DNA of 64,000 nucleotides from an uncultured Clostridia bacterium (GCA_944332315.1 CALVJT010000038.1:2024-66023); one strand, 5' to 3'. Shown: positions 29,839 to 39,442, numbered from the stretch's first letter. Numbers and translations: made by a program. The notes: a model not told the origin generated them from the letters alone.

Positions 29839-29940
29839 AAATAAAAAAACTATGTTATACAAATTGATTTTTATATATTTTAGGTGTAATGTAGTTTTTT
29901 AATATTTTATTTTATAAATTTATTATATAAGGAGATTATT

Positions 29941-32013
29941 ATGGCTAGAGAATATGCTCTTGCTGATATTCGCAATATTGGTATTATGGCGCACATAGAC
30001 GCTGGTAAAACTACTACTACCGAGCGTATTTTGTACTTTACTGGTAAAACTCATAAGATTGGTGAAGTGCACGAAGGCGCAGCTACTATGGACTGGATGG
30101 TTCAGGAACAAGAACGCGGTATCACAATAACAAGTGCCGCTACCACAACTCAGTGGAAAGGCAAAAGAATAAATATCATCGACACGCCAGGGCACGTAGA
30201 TTTTACTATTGAAGTATCGCGTTCGCTTAAAGTGCTTGATGGTGCCATTGCAGTGTTCTGTGCGCGCGGTGGTGTACAACCTCAATCAGAAAATGTTTGG
30301 AAACAAGCAAACGAGTGTAATGTACCTAGAATAGCGTACGTAAACAAAATGGATACTAACGATGCAAACTTTTTCCGCGTTATCGAAATGATGAAAAAGA
30401 GATTGCCAAAATCAAATCCTATTGCTATTCAGTTGCCAATAGGTGCAGCAGATACTTTTGTAGGTATTGTAGACCTTGTAAAAATGGATGCTACCTACTA
30501 CGATGAGCAGGATGCTACTAAAGAGCCTATCGTTAAGGAAATTCCAGCAGATATGCTTGACCAAGCAAAAGAATATCGTGAAAAAATGATTGAAGCCGCT
30601 GCTGAATGCGATGACGAACTATTTGAAAAATACTTGAGTGGCGAGGAAATTAGTGAAGACCTACTTAAAAGAGCTTTGCGTAAAGGCGTTATTGAAAATA
30701 AGATGAACCTTGTTTTGTGCGGGTCATCATATAAAAACAAAGGTGTTCGAAAATTAATTGACGCAGTTGTAGATTATATGCCTTCTCCACTCGATATACC
30801 ACCAGTTCACAGTGTGGATGGTCAGGAAGTTCGTCACACAAGTGATGATGAGCCTTTTAGTGCACTTGCATTTAAGATTGCAGATGATCCTTATGGCTCT
30901 TTGACATACATTAGAGTTTATAGTGGGGTGCTATCAAGCGGTTCCTACGTGTATAACTCTAGTAAAGATAAAAAAGAGCGCGTTGGTCGTCTTGTACAAA
31001 TGCACGCAAACGAAAGAAAGGAAATTGAAGAAGTTAGGGCCGGGGATATCGCTGCTATTGTTGGGCTTAAAGATACAACTACTGGTGATACCCTTTGCGA
31101 TCAAGCGCACCCTGTTGTGCTAGAGCCTATGCACTTTGTTGAGCCTGTAATTCAAATTGCAATTGAACCTAAAACAAAGCAGGGTCAGGAAAAAATGGTT
31201 GCAGCTTTGTTGCGCTTTGCTAAAGAGGACCCTACATTTAAGACCTATACAGACCCCGAAAGTGGACAAACAATTATGGCAGGTATCGGTGAATTGCAAC
31301 TAGATATCTATCGTGATAGATTGCTACGCGAATTTAAGGTGGAAGCGAACATAGGTAAGCCACAAGTTGCCTACCGCGAAACTATCAAAAAACCTGTCGA
31401 GGTTGAAGGTAAGTACATCCGTCAATCTGGTGGTAAGGGTCAATATGGACACTGTATTATAAAGATGGAGCCACTAGAAGCAGGTTCAGGTTTCATGTTC
31501 GAGGATAAAACTGTAGGTGGTTCTATTCCTAAAGAATACATTCCAGCTATCGAGGATGGTATTAACGAGGCGCGTATGAATGGCGTGCTTGCAGGCTTCG
31601 AAACTGTAGATTTTAAGGTAACCGTTGTAGATGGTTCCTACCACGATGTCGATTCATCCGAAATGGCATTTAAGATTGCAGGGTCTATGGCATTTAAGGA
31701 GGGCGCAAGAACAGGTAATCCAGTTATACTAGAACCTATCATGAAAACTGATGTTCAAGTTCCAGAGGAGTACCTTGGCGATGTTATGGGCGATATCAAC
31801 CGTCGTCGCGGAAACCTTAAGGAAATGGAAAGCCGTGATGGGCAACAAATCATTAACGCCGAAATTCCTCTTGCAGAAATGTTTGGTTATGCTACAGATT
31901 TGCGCTCATTAACACAAGGTCGTGGCACTTTCCAAATGACACTCGATCACTATGCCGAAGTGCCTAAATCTGTTGCCGAAAAGATTATCGGCGAACGCGC
32001 AAAGGCTAACTAA
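29941..32013 (+). CDS. fusA: Elongation factor G
   Basis: The product is 690 aa with the G-domain motifs [17 protein letters not shown] and NKMD. Confidence 0.98.
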
Positions 32014-32150
32014 AATAGCAAAGGCTAACTAAAATATAATATAATTTGCTTTGGTGATTGTCAAATGGCGCTAAAGCAAAGCAACTTTTCTCTGTTTTTC
32101 AAAAATTATTTAATAATTATAAAAAATAGAGAAATTATTGCATAAAACAT

Positions 32151-32180
32151 TTGACATTAAATCAAAATTTAGCTATACTT
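32151..32180 (+). promoter_or_regulatory. Internal sigma-A promoter for tuf
   Basis: TTGACA (32151-32156), 18 nt spacer, TATACT (32175-32180). A roughly 235 nt hairpin-rich leader follows before the tuf ATG. Confidence 0.5.
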
Positions 32181-32421
32181 AATACTGGGATAGCATCCAT
32201 TACACCATTTAATTGGTGCCATTTTTGCTGGCTAAGTGCAAAAAGAGCGATTAGGCGGGCTCAAATTCGCGAGTTTGAGGCTAAATAGGAGCATATTTTA
32301 TGCATTTTAGCAGTTTTTGGCTGATTGAAGGTGATCGCGACACTCAAAAAAGGCTTAAAATGGTAGGAATGTTGTACCAGTTAAGTAAATAGCGCTATCA
32401 AACTTTATAAAGGAGAACAAA

Positions 32422-33627
32422 ATGGCAGAAAAACAAAAATTTGTCAAAGACAAAGTAAACTTGAATGTTGGTACTATCGGTCACGTTGACCATGGTAAAA
32501 CTACTTTGACTGCAGCTATCACTAAGGTTCAGGCTCTTAAAGGCCTTGCTGAGGCTAGAAACTATGACCAAATTGATGCTGCGCCAGAGGAAAGAGCGAG
32601 AGGTATTACTATTAATACATCTCACCAAGAATACTCAACGGCTACTCGCCACTATGCTCACGTCGACTGCCCGGGACACAAGGACTATGTCAAAAACATG
32701 ATCACCGGTGCTGCACAAATGGACGCAGCTATCCTCGTCGTTGCAGCATCTGATGGTCCAATGCCACAAACAATGGAACACATCCTTCTTGCTAGACAAG
32801 TTGGTGTGCCTTACATTGTGGTATTCATGAACAAAACAGACCAAGTTGATGACCCAGAGTTGATTGACTTAGTCGAAATGGAAATCAGAGACCTTCTTAC
32901 GAAGTATGGTTTCCCTGGAGATTCTACTCCAATTATCAAAGGTTCAGCTTTGAAGGCTCTTCAAGCAGCAGATGCAGGAGATTTGAATTCTCCAGATATT
33001 CAATGCATCAACGAACTTATGGACGCTTTGGATACTTATGTACCAGACCCAGTTCGTGCTACAGACAAACCTTTCTTGCTTCCTGTTGAAGATGTATTTA
33101 CGATCACTGGTCGTGGTACAGTTGCAACTGGTAGAGTAGAAAGAGGTAAAGTTAAGATGGGCGATGTAGTTGAAATCGTCGGCATCCGTGAACCTAGAAC
33201 AACCACCATCACAGGAATTGAAATGTTCCACAAGATGATGGATGAAGCTGAAGCAGGTGACAATGTTGGTTTGTTGCTTAGAGGTATTGAGAAGAAAGAT
33301 ATCGAAAGAGGTCAAGTAATCGCAGCACCTAAGTCAATTACACCTCATACAGAGTTTACTGCAGAAGTTTATATCTTGAAGAAAGAGGAAGGCGGACGCC
33401 ATACACCATTCTTTAATGGCTATCGTCCACAATTCTACTTCAGAACAACCGACGTTACAGGTACAATTGAATTGCCTGCAGGCGTTGAAATGGTAATGCC
33501 AGGCGATAATGTCTCAATGACCGTTCGCTTGATAACACCAATCGCTATCGAGGAAGGATTGCGTTTCGCTATCCGTGAAGGCGGTAGCACAGTAGGTTCT
33601 GGTGTTGTTGCTAAAATCTTAAAATAA
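32422..33627 (+). CDS. tuf: Elongation factor Tu
   Basis: The product is 401 aa with [18 protein letters not shown] and NKTD motifs and the canonical EF-Tu C-terminus. Confidence 0.98.
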
Positions 33628-33675
33628 TTTAATAATAGACTTAACCCTGCAAAGTTTTCTATTATTTAGTGTTTT

Positions 33676-35010
33676 AGGTTAGTATACACCTAAATCTGTT
33701 GGTCACCTTGTCGTGACACAATCTTGACAAAGATTTCAAATTTGTCCTCAACTAAAGGGGAGACTTTAGTAGTTGCCTAGACTAAACTTAGGCAGTCGCG
33801 CCTCGTACTTAAAGTGGGCAGTCTCGTCCAGACTATAAGATGGATAGTGTGTTCTAAACTTTATTAGAATAGTTTGCCTGCACTGTAAAGGGCAGTCGAC
33901 TTAAGGCTTTAATTTAAGTAGTCAAGCATAGACTCTAAAATAACGCAGTTAACCTAAGGCTTCAAACAAGGTGTCTTGCTGTAGACTAATTCAGCACTCA
34001 AGCATAAGAGGTAAAAATTTGTAGTTCCTTATAACTTAAATAAGGCACCAGCCTTGTGTTTAGGCAAACTCTAGAAAAGAGTATAAAATCTCTCGGTAGT
34101 TGGATTAATCTACCACTTACTCAAAGTATAAATGAGTGCTGAACTTAAAGCATAAAATTAGTTTTCATGCCTAAGAAATTAAATTGGTATTGTTGCCGAC
34201 AATTATAAGCGGTACTCATACATAGAGTATAATGTGTATTCTCACTAAAGAATTAAAAGATAGTGTTCGTGCCGTAGAATTATCAAAGACGGTATTCATA
34301 CACAAGAATAAAAAAAGTGTGTTCATGCATAAGAACTAAAAATTTGTATTCATGTACAAGAATTATAAATGTGCATTCAAGCAAAAGAATTAAAAATTTG
34401 CGTTCGAGTCTAGAACTAAAAAGGGCATCTTGTAGATAGATTGTATCTATGTTCAGTCTTAAGAACTAAAAAGTAGAGTTCGCGATATAGAACTAAAATG
34501 TGTCGTTCATTTAGGAGAACTAAAAATCTAAAGCTCAAGCAAAGAGTAGAAAATAAGCCTCATGCATAAGAGCAAATTTGCACTCATATGAGAGAGGTCA
34601 AACTCATATTCAAGCAAAAGAATTAAAAATTTGTACTCATGTGTAAGAGTATAAAAAGCACGCTCATGCACAAGAGATAAAAAAGTGTATTCGCACTTTA
34701 GAATTAAAATTTAAGTATTCTCGCCATAAGAATATAAATTTGGCATCCCGCAAACAGATTGTGTTTGTGTTCATGCAAAGAACTAAAAATGTCTTTAAGC
34801 TCAAAAAGTAAAAATGAGTATTCAAGCAAAAGAATTAAAAAATTGTATTCATAACCAAGAATTAAAATTGGTTACCCAAGATAAGGGTATAAAATATCAA
34901 ATCTTTATTCGAGATTTCAAAATTGAATACATCGAACTGTAGATGTAAATTTCAGTGATGTATAGCTTAGTACATTATTAGCATCAAATTTATTCCATTA
35001 TTTGATGCCA
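33676..35010 (+). repeat. Tandem array of about 45-50 degenerate units (period near 27 nt), each a 4-7 bp stem, a 7-8 nt loop and an A-rich linker
   Basis: Hand-parsed examples:
- 34321-34336 GTTC/ATGCATAA/GAAC
- 34348-34363 ATTC/ATGTACAA/GAAT
- 34633-34652 GTACTC/ATGTGTAA/GAGTAT
- 34873-34889 TACCC/AAGATAA/GGGTA
- 34749-34769 CGCAAAC/AGATTGT/GTTTGTG
- 33852-33869 TTCTAA/ACTTTA/TTAGAA

The unit ATTCAAGCAAAAGAATTAAAAA(T/A)TTG recurs at 34375, 34608 and 34820. No ORF of 60 aa or more exists in any frame. Confidence 0.85.
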
Positions 35011-35199
35011 TAAGCATTGATAGGCAATTTAACCTAGACCTGCAGTTAGATATGAAAGTTCAATTTTGTATTTAATTGTATCATCTGTTTAAGTCTATAA
35101 TGTCAGCGAATATTGGTAACAATTGGAGTTTTAATGTTTTGTTAAAACTATCGCGAGCCGATTTTCTAAAACATTTGTAGGCTGAAACGTTAAGATGAG

Positions 35200-35226
35200 A
35201 AAACACCCATCAGGGTGTTTTTTTTT
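35200..35226 (+). terminator. Strong intrinsic terminator, the first convincing one downstream of tuf
   Basis: AAAACACCC (35200-35208) pairs with GGGTGTTTT (35213-35221) around loop ATCA, and the T-run continues to 35226. Confidence 0.8.
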
Positions 35227-35461
35227 GTGTTTTTGCAAATTGTGGGGATTTACCATTCTAAACTATAAGCTGTATTAATTGCCCAATAATATTTATTCTA
35301 TTTTGTCTAAGAATACCCAGCTTAGCTGAAGGTAATAAAAATTAAGCAATTTTTGTAAAACCCTTGAATATCAAAAAAAATAAAATGCTATTTATTCAGC
35401 AACTATTGGAGAATATATAATTAAAGAACCTAGTTTACTTAAAATATGTTTTGTAAAATAA

Positions 35462-35538
35462 GGTTCTTTATTATTAATGGGGTATAGTAAGTTATGGATT
35501 TAAACTTTCGCTAAGCTCTTTCTGTTCAATATTTAACA
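35462..35538 (+). repeat. Dispersed intergenic repeat, copy A
   Basis: GGTTCTTTATTATTAATGGGGTATAGTAAGTTATGGATTTAAACTTTCGCTAAGCTCTT...TTTAACA aligns with 50446-50522. By eye the first roughly 58 nt are about 85% identical. Confidence 0.6.
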
Positions 35539-35845
35539 AATTTCCAGGATTGTAGAATCTTTGTTGATTGATTCAGCCTTTTTATCTTTGTTATAAATAC
35601 AATATTGTTGGCTTTTTAATCAAAATGTTATAATTTATGCCCGTTTTATTTGCTGGGATAATTTATATTAACTAAAATAGGTGCATTAATAAACATATTT
35701 TATTTTAAGCATATGATGGCATAAACAAATGATTTATTTTACATATGTGTTTTGCTTAATTTATCCTTTGTAAAGCAAAAAGATTATTTTAATTAATTTA
35801 CATATAAATTAAATTTATTTAATAAAAAAATTTATAGCAATTTAT

Positions 35846-35876
35846 AAAAATTCGAACTAATTAAGTTCGAATTTTT
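35846..35876. terminator. Perfect 13 bp palindromic hairpin, a likely bidirectional terminator downstream of trpS
   Basis: AAAAATTCGAACT (35846-35858) pairs with AGTTCGAATTTTT (35864-35876) around a 5-nt loop. It lies about 150 nt past the trpS stop. Confidence 0.55.
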
Positions 35877-36029
35877 GTGTTTACTTATTAAATTGCATGA
35901 TTAAATAATAATCTATAAAATTGTATCTATTAAAATATATTTTAATTATTTTGTATATTAATTAGTTGAATATATATTTAGTTTTTGATTTCTTATTAGT
36001 TATTTTTTAGCTAAATTAGTTGTGAAGTA

Positions 36030-37103
36030 TTAGTTAGTGGAATATTTATCAGTAAAGGTTTTATCTGTAAAATAGTTTATGCCCATGCTTGTTTTAACTC
36101 TATCTAAAGTCTTACTAGCAACTTCTAGCATTTTTTCGCTACCTTGCTTTAATATTTGCATAACATGAGCGCGATCCTTTTCAAAAACTTGTCGTTTTTC
36201 TCTAATTGGCTTTAGCAGTTGTTGCAATATTTCGTTCAAAATCTTTTTTATTTTTACATCGCCTAGGCCACCGTGTTTATAATGCTCCTTCATTTCGTTT
36301 AATGAACTATATTCGCTAAGTTGGCTAATTTGGTCATCTGTTGCAAATGCATCTAAGTATGCAAACACAGTATTGCCTTCAACTTGTCCAGGGTCCTCAA
36401 TATGTATGTGGTTAGGGTCTGTGTACATATTCATAACTTTTTGCTTAATTGTATCCGCATCGTCTTTTAGATTAATAGTGTTGCCTAATGATTTGCTCAT
36501 TTTGGCATTGCCATCTATGCCAACCAGCCTGTGGCAAGCCTTGTTTGTTTCCAAAATGGCTTTGGGCATAGTCAAAGTTTGCCCGTAAATACGATTAAAG
36601 GCATTTACAATTTCGCAAGTTTGTTCAATAACAGGCAGTTGGTCCTCACCAACAGGTACAACATCAGCATTAAAAGCCGTAATATCTGCTGCTTGGCTTA
36701 TTGGGTATGTTAAAAATCCTACAGGGACATTTGCTCCATATTTTTTTTGTTTCATTTCGGCTTTAACTGTAGGGTTGCGCTGTAATCTAGCAAGTGTTAC
36801 AAGATTCAAATAGTATGTGGTCAACTCTGTTAAAGGGTAGATGTGTGATTGTACGCCTATTGTTGAAATTTGTGGGTCTATACCTACGCCCAAGTAGTCT
36901 AAACAAACTTCTATAATGCTTGCTCTAATTTTTTCTGGGTTATCGGCATTATCTGTCAAGGCTTGCACATCTGCAATTAAAATATATGGTTCATAATTGC
37001 CACTATTTTGCATTTGCACTCTTTGATGCAATGAGCCTATGTAGTGCCCTATGTGTAGGTTTCCTGTAGGGCGATCACCTGTCAATAATATTTTTTTATC
37101 CAT
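36030..37103 (-). CDS. trpS: Tryptophan--tRNA ligase
   Basis: It is a class I aaRS with the HIGH motif (GNLHIGHYIG) and KMSKS (AKMSKSLGN). Its size (357 aa) and N-terminus (LTGDRPTG) fit TrpRS. Confidence 0.85.
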   Translation of the reverse strand: MDKKILLTGDRPTGNLHIGHYIGSLHQRVQMQNSGNYEPYILIADVQALTDNADNPEKIRASIIEVCLDYLGVGIDPQISTIGVQSHIYPLTELTTYYLNLVTLARLQRNPTVKAEMKQKKYGANVPVGFLTYPISQAADITAFNADVVPVGEDQLPVIEQTCEIVNAFNRIYGQTLTMPKAILETNKACHRLVGIDGNAKMSKSLGNTINLKDDADTIKQKVMNMYTDPNHIHIEDPGQVEGNTVFAYLDAFATDDQISQLSEYSSLNEMKEHYKHGGLGDVKIKKILNEILQQLLKPIREKRQVFEKDRAHVMQILKQGSEKMLEVASKTLDRVKTSMGINYFTDKTFTDKYSTN

Positions 37104-37366
37104 TTTTTCTCCTCAATAAAAATAAGTATATCAAAATATTGATAAATAATCAATAAATTTTGAATGCATTATGGTAACATTACTATAATAATTTGTTATT
37201 TCGCCAAAAATGTATTAAATTCTGGATGTGAAGTATTAATTTACAAAGAAATTTTTAGGTCTAATTTATTTGCAATTCAACATAAAAATATAGTATAATA
37301 ATAAAGCATTTAGATATAAATTAACAAAAAAACTAAAGAACAAATATAATGTAAAAAGGGTGATTT

Positions 37367-37804
37367 ATGTATCTAAGTAAACTTACAACGGATCAAATAA
37401 AAGAAATGATTAAAACAATGTTGTTAACTGAGGCACGCAATGTACCTTATTATAATAAAAATATACCTTCTATACTAAACGATGGTTTAGCTGATTACAA
37501 ATTTGTGAACAATGAAGGCAACGAGTATGTTGTGGCTGAAATTAAAAATGGTGATTTATTCGTTTTTGATGATTGCAACTATATAAAATTTGCACATCCC
37601 AATATGGTGCCAGTTTCCAAAACATTGAATACAAATGTTTATCTAAATTATATGCGATGCCTGTTTGATGATTATCACGAATTCGAAATTGTTTACAATC
37701 AAAATGTGGAAAATATTGTAAATATTGTTAACTTTTGCGATGATATCTTGAATAGTCGCAAGTCGAATTCTAAAAAAGAAAATGGCGTTGAAATTACATA
37801 TTAA
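37367..37804 (+). CDS. Hypothetical protein
   Basis: This 145-aa ORF has the RBS AAAGGGTG upstream and no recognisable motifs. Confidence 0.5.
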   Translation: MYLSKLTTDQIKEMIKTMLLTEARNVPYYNKNIPSILNDGLADYKFVNNEGNEYVVAEIKNGDLFVFDDCNYIKFAHPNMVPVSKTLNTNVYLNYMRCLFDDYHEFEIVYNQNVENIVNIVNFCDDILNSRKSNSKKENGVEITY

Positions 37805-37815
37805 AGGGGGACTCA

Positions 37816-38637
37816 ATGACAGACGGCTTGATTGTAATTAAAGTGGGGTCGATGGCTTTAGTAAACGATAGGGGTGATGGGGTAGATTATAATGTAATAT
37901 CTCAATTATCTAAAGACTTAAACGAGCACACCATACTTGTTACTAGTGGCGCTGCGGTGGTTGGTAAACTAGATTATATAAAACGCAATGGACATGCATT
38001 ACCAGAAAACGATAGTTTTTATAAATCAGATTATGCCTCGCAGGGGCAAACAATACTTATGAATCTCTATCGCGAATTTATGAATCCTAAATACTCGCTA
38101 AGGCAAGTGTTAGTGGAGCATCAGCACTTTAATGATGTTGATAAGCGCCAACATTTGTTGGGGTTACTTGAAAGGTGTGCACAGCAAAATGCGGTTCCTA
38201 TAGTAAATTATAACGACTGCATTTCAAGCGAGGAATGTCGAAAAATGGAAATTAACTTATTGCGAGAAAAAAATCAAGATGTGGTAGAGTGTATTGATAA
38301 CGATGAAACTGCCACGCGCATAGCTGTGCTTACACACGCTAAAAAGTTGCTCCTATTAACTATGTTAGAGGGCATATTTATAAATAAAGATGACCCTAGC
38401 ACATTGGTAAAGGAACTTTCATCCAAAAATAGAGATGAGCTTATTGCAAAAATAACGGATTTACAATCACATTGCGAAGGTGCAAGTAGGCAAGGAGCAA
38501 ATGGGGCGTTTGCCAAACTTGAGTACGCAAAATTTGCTGTGCAAAACGGGATAGATGTCATTATTGCTAGCAGTAAATATAGAATTAATGACATATTGGC
38601 AAATAAAGTGCCTAATACGCACATTTTTGTAAAATAA
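37816..38637 (+). CDS. Amino-acid kinase family protein, glutamate 5-kinase-like, without a PUA domain
   Basis: IVIKVGSMAL, ILVTSGAAVVGK, ASQGQTILMNLY and IDNDETATRIAVLTHAKKLLLLT resemble ProB motifs. There is an insertion before the DND motif and no adjacent proA. Confidence 0.5.
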   Translation: MTDGLIVIKVGSMALVNDRGDGVDYNVISQLSKDLNEHTILVTSGAAVVGKLDYIKRNGHALPENDSFYKSDYASQGQTILMNLYREFMNPKYSLRQVLVEHQHFNDVDKRQHLLGLLERCAQQNAVPIVNYNDCISSEECRKMEINLLREKNQDVVECIDNDETATRIAVLTHAKKLLLLTMLEGIFINKDDPSTLVKELSSKNRDELIAKITDLQSHCEGASRQGANGAFAKLEYAKFAVQNGIDVIIASSKYRINDILANKVPNTHIFVK

Positions 38638-38671
38638 AAAAATTATTTATATTCAAATTATACCTATAAAT

Positions 38672-38703
38672 AAGCCTATGGGAAAAATCATAGGCTTGTT
38701 TTT
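38672..38703. terminator. Intrinsic terminator between convergent genes
   Basis: AAGCCTATG (38672-38680) pairs with CATAGGCTT (38689-38697), followed by GTTTTT. Confidence 0.6.
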
Positions 38704-38848
38704 GTAAAACTTAAATTCACGGTGTATAATTAATAAAATTCTAAAATCGATTTTGGGATGTTGATGCAATTAATTAGGTTTTACTTGCTATTTACAAAAG
38801 TAACTTCTAACATTTTGCACAGAATTATTAATTAAACTATTGCAAATT

Positions 38849-39442
38849 TTATTTTTTTGAATTATCTGATTGAGTATTATCTTGCGAATCAGAACTATCT
38901 GACATTTTTTTAAGAAGCGTGCGTATGTCATTTAAGATATCCTCTTGCGTTTCCTTTTTAACAACAGCTTGTTCAGTTTTTTTCTTTTCCTCATCGGCAA
39001 GTGCTTTCATAGCAGCGTGGACTGCTTTTTTATCTTTAAGGTCAATACCGCGTTCTTGAAGCAGTTTTTTCTGCTCTTTATTAGGTCTTGTAAACTTAAT
39101 TTCTTGATTCAAATTCTTAAATGCTTGTTGAGATTTCATTACAATTTTTATTACAATAAAAATACAAAATGCTACAATCAAAAAGTCTATTATAGATTGT
39201 ATAAAGTTCCCGTAATTCCACGAAAGGGTAACTACTCCTTCGGCATCCGTTCTTAATGGCACAGATAAATCTGCTAAACTTTCTGCGCCGAAAGCCCAAG
39301 TGATTAAGGGCATTAAGATATCGTTTACAAGGCTTGTAACAATTTTGCCGAATGCTGCACCAATAATGACACCGACAGCCATATCAAGAATATTTCCGCG
39401 AGAAATAAAGGCCTTAAATTCCTTAAAAAATTTTTTCATCAA
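38849..39442 (-). CDS. mscL: Large-conductance mechanosensitive channel with an extended charged C-terminal tail
   Basis: FKEFKAFISRGNILDMAVGVIIGAAFGKIVTSLVNDILMPLI is the MscL TM1 signature. A second TM helix follows, then a roughly 90-aa K/E/Q/D-rich tail. Confidence 0.85.
   Translation of the reverse strand: MMKKFFKEFKAFISRGNILDMAVGVIIGAAFGKIVTSLVNDILMPLITWAFGAESLADLSVPLRTDAEGVVTLSWNYGNFIQSIIDFLIVAFCIFIVIKIVMKSQQAFKNLNQEIKFTRPNKEQKKLLQERGIDLKDKKAVHAAMKALADEEKKKTEQAVVKKETQEDILNDIRTLLKKMSDSSDSQDNTQSDNSKK

Noticed and set aside
34392-34406. GTTCGAGTC resembles a tRNA T-arm/T-loop.
   Set aside because: It is one unit of the hairpin array (GTTC/GAGTCTA/GAAC). No acceptor, D-arm or anticodon arm can be built around it. 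I found no tRNA or rRNA genes in the window.
33676-35010. The tandem array could be a CRISPR array.
   Set aside because: The period is only about 27 nt. There is no alternation of an invariant repeat with unique spacers of about 30 nt or more, since every unit is a degenerate copy of the same hairpin and linker. No cas genes occur anywhere in the window.
35230-36029. The 800-bp AT-rich stretch between the 35200 terminator and the trpS end might hide a small protein gene.
   Set aside because: I saw no start codon with a plausible RBS followed by an open frame of useful length. Only the dispersed repeat (35462-35538) and the palindromic terminator (35846-35876) stand out.
37104-37366. A T-box riboswitch was expected upstream of trpS.
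   Set aside because: The 260-nt upstream region is almost pure AT. It lacks a specifier-loop and AGAGA region and the conserved T-box sequence with its antiterminator. It also has to hold the divergent promoter for the 37367 ORF.
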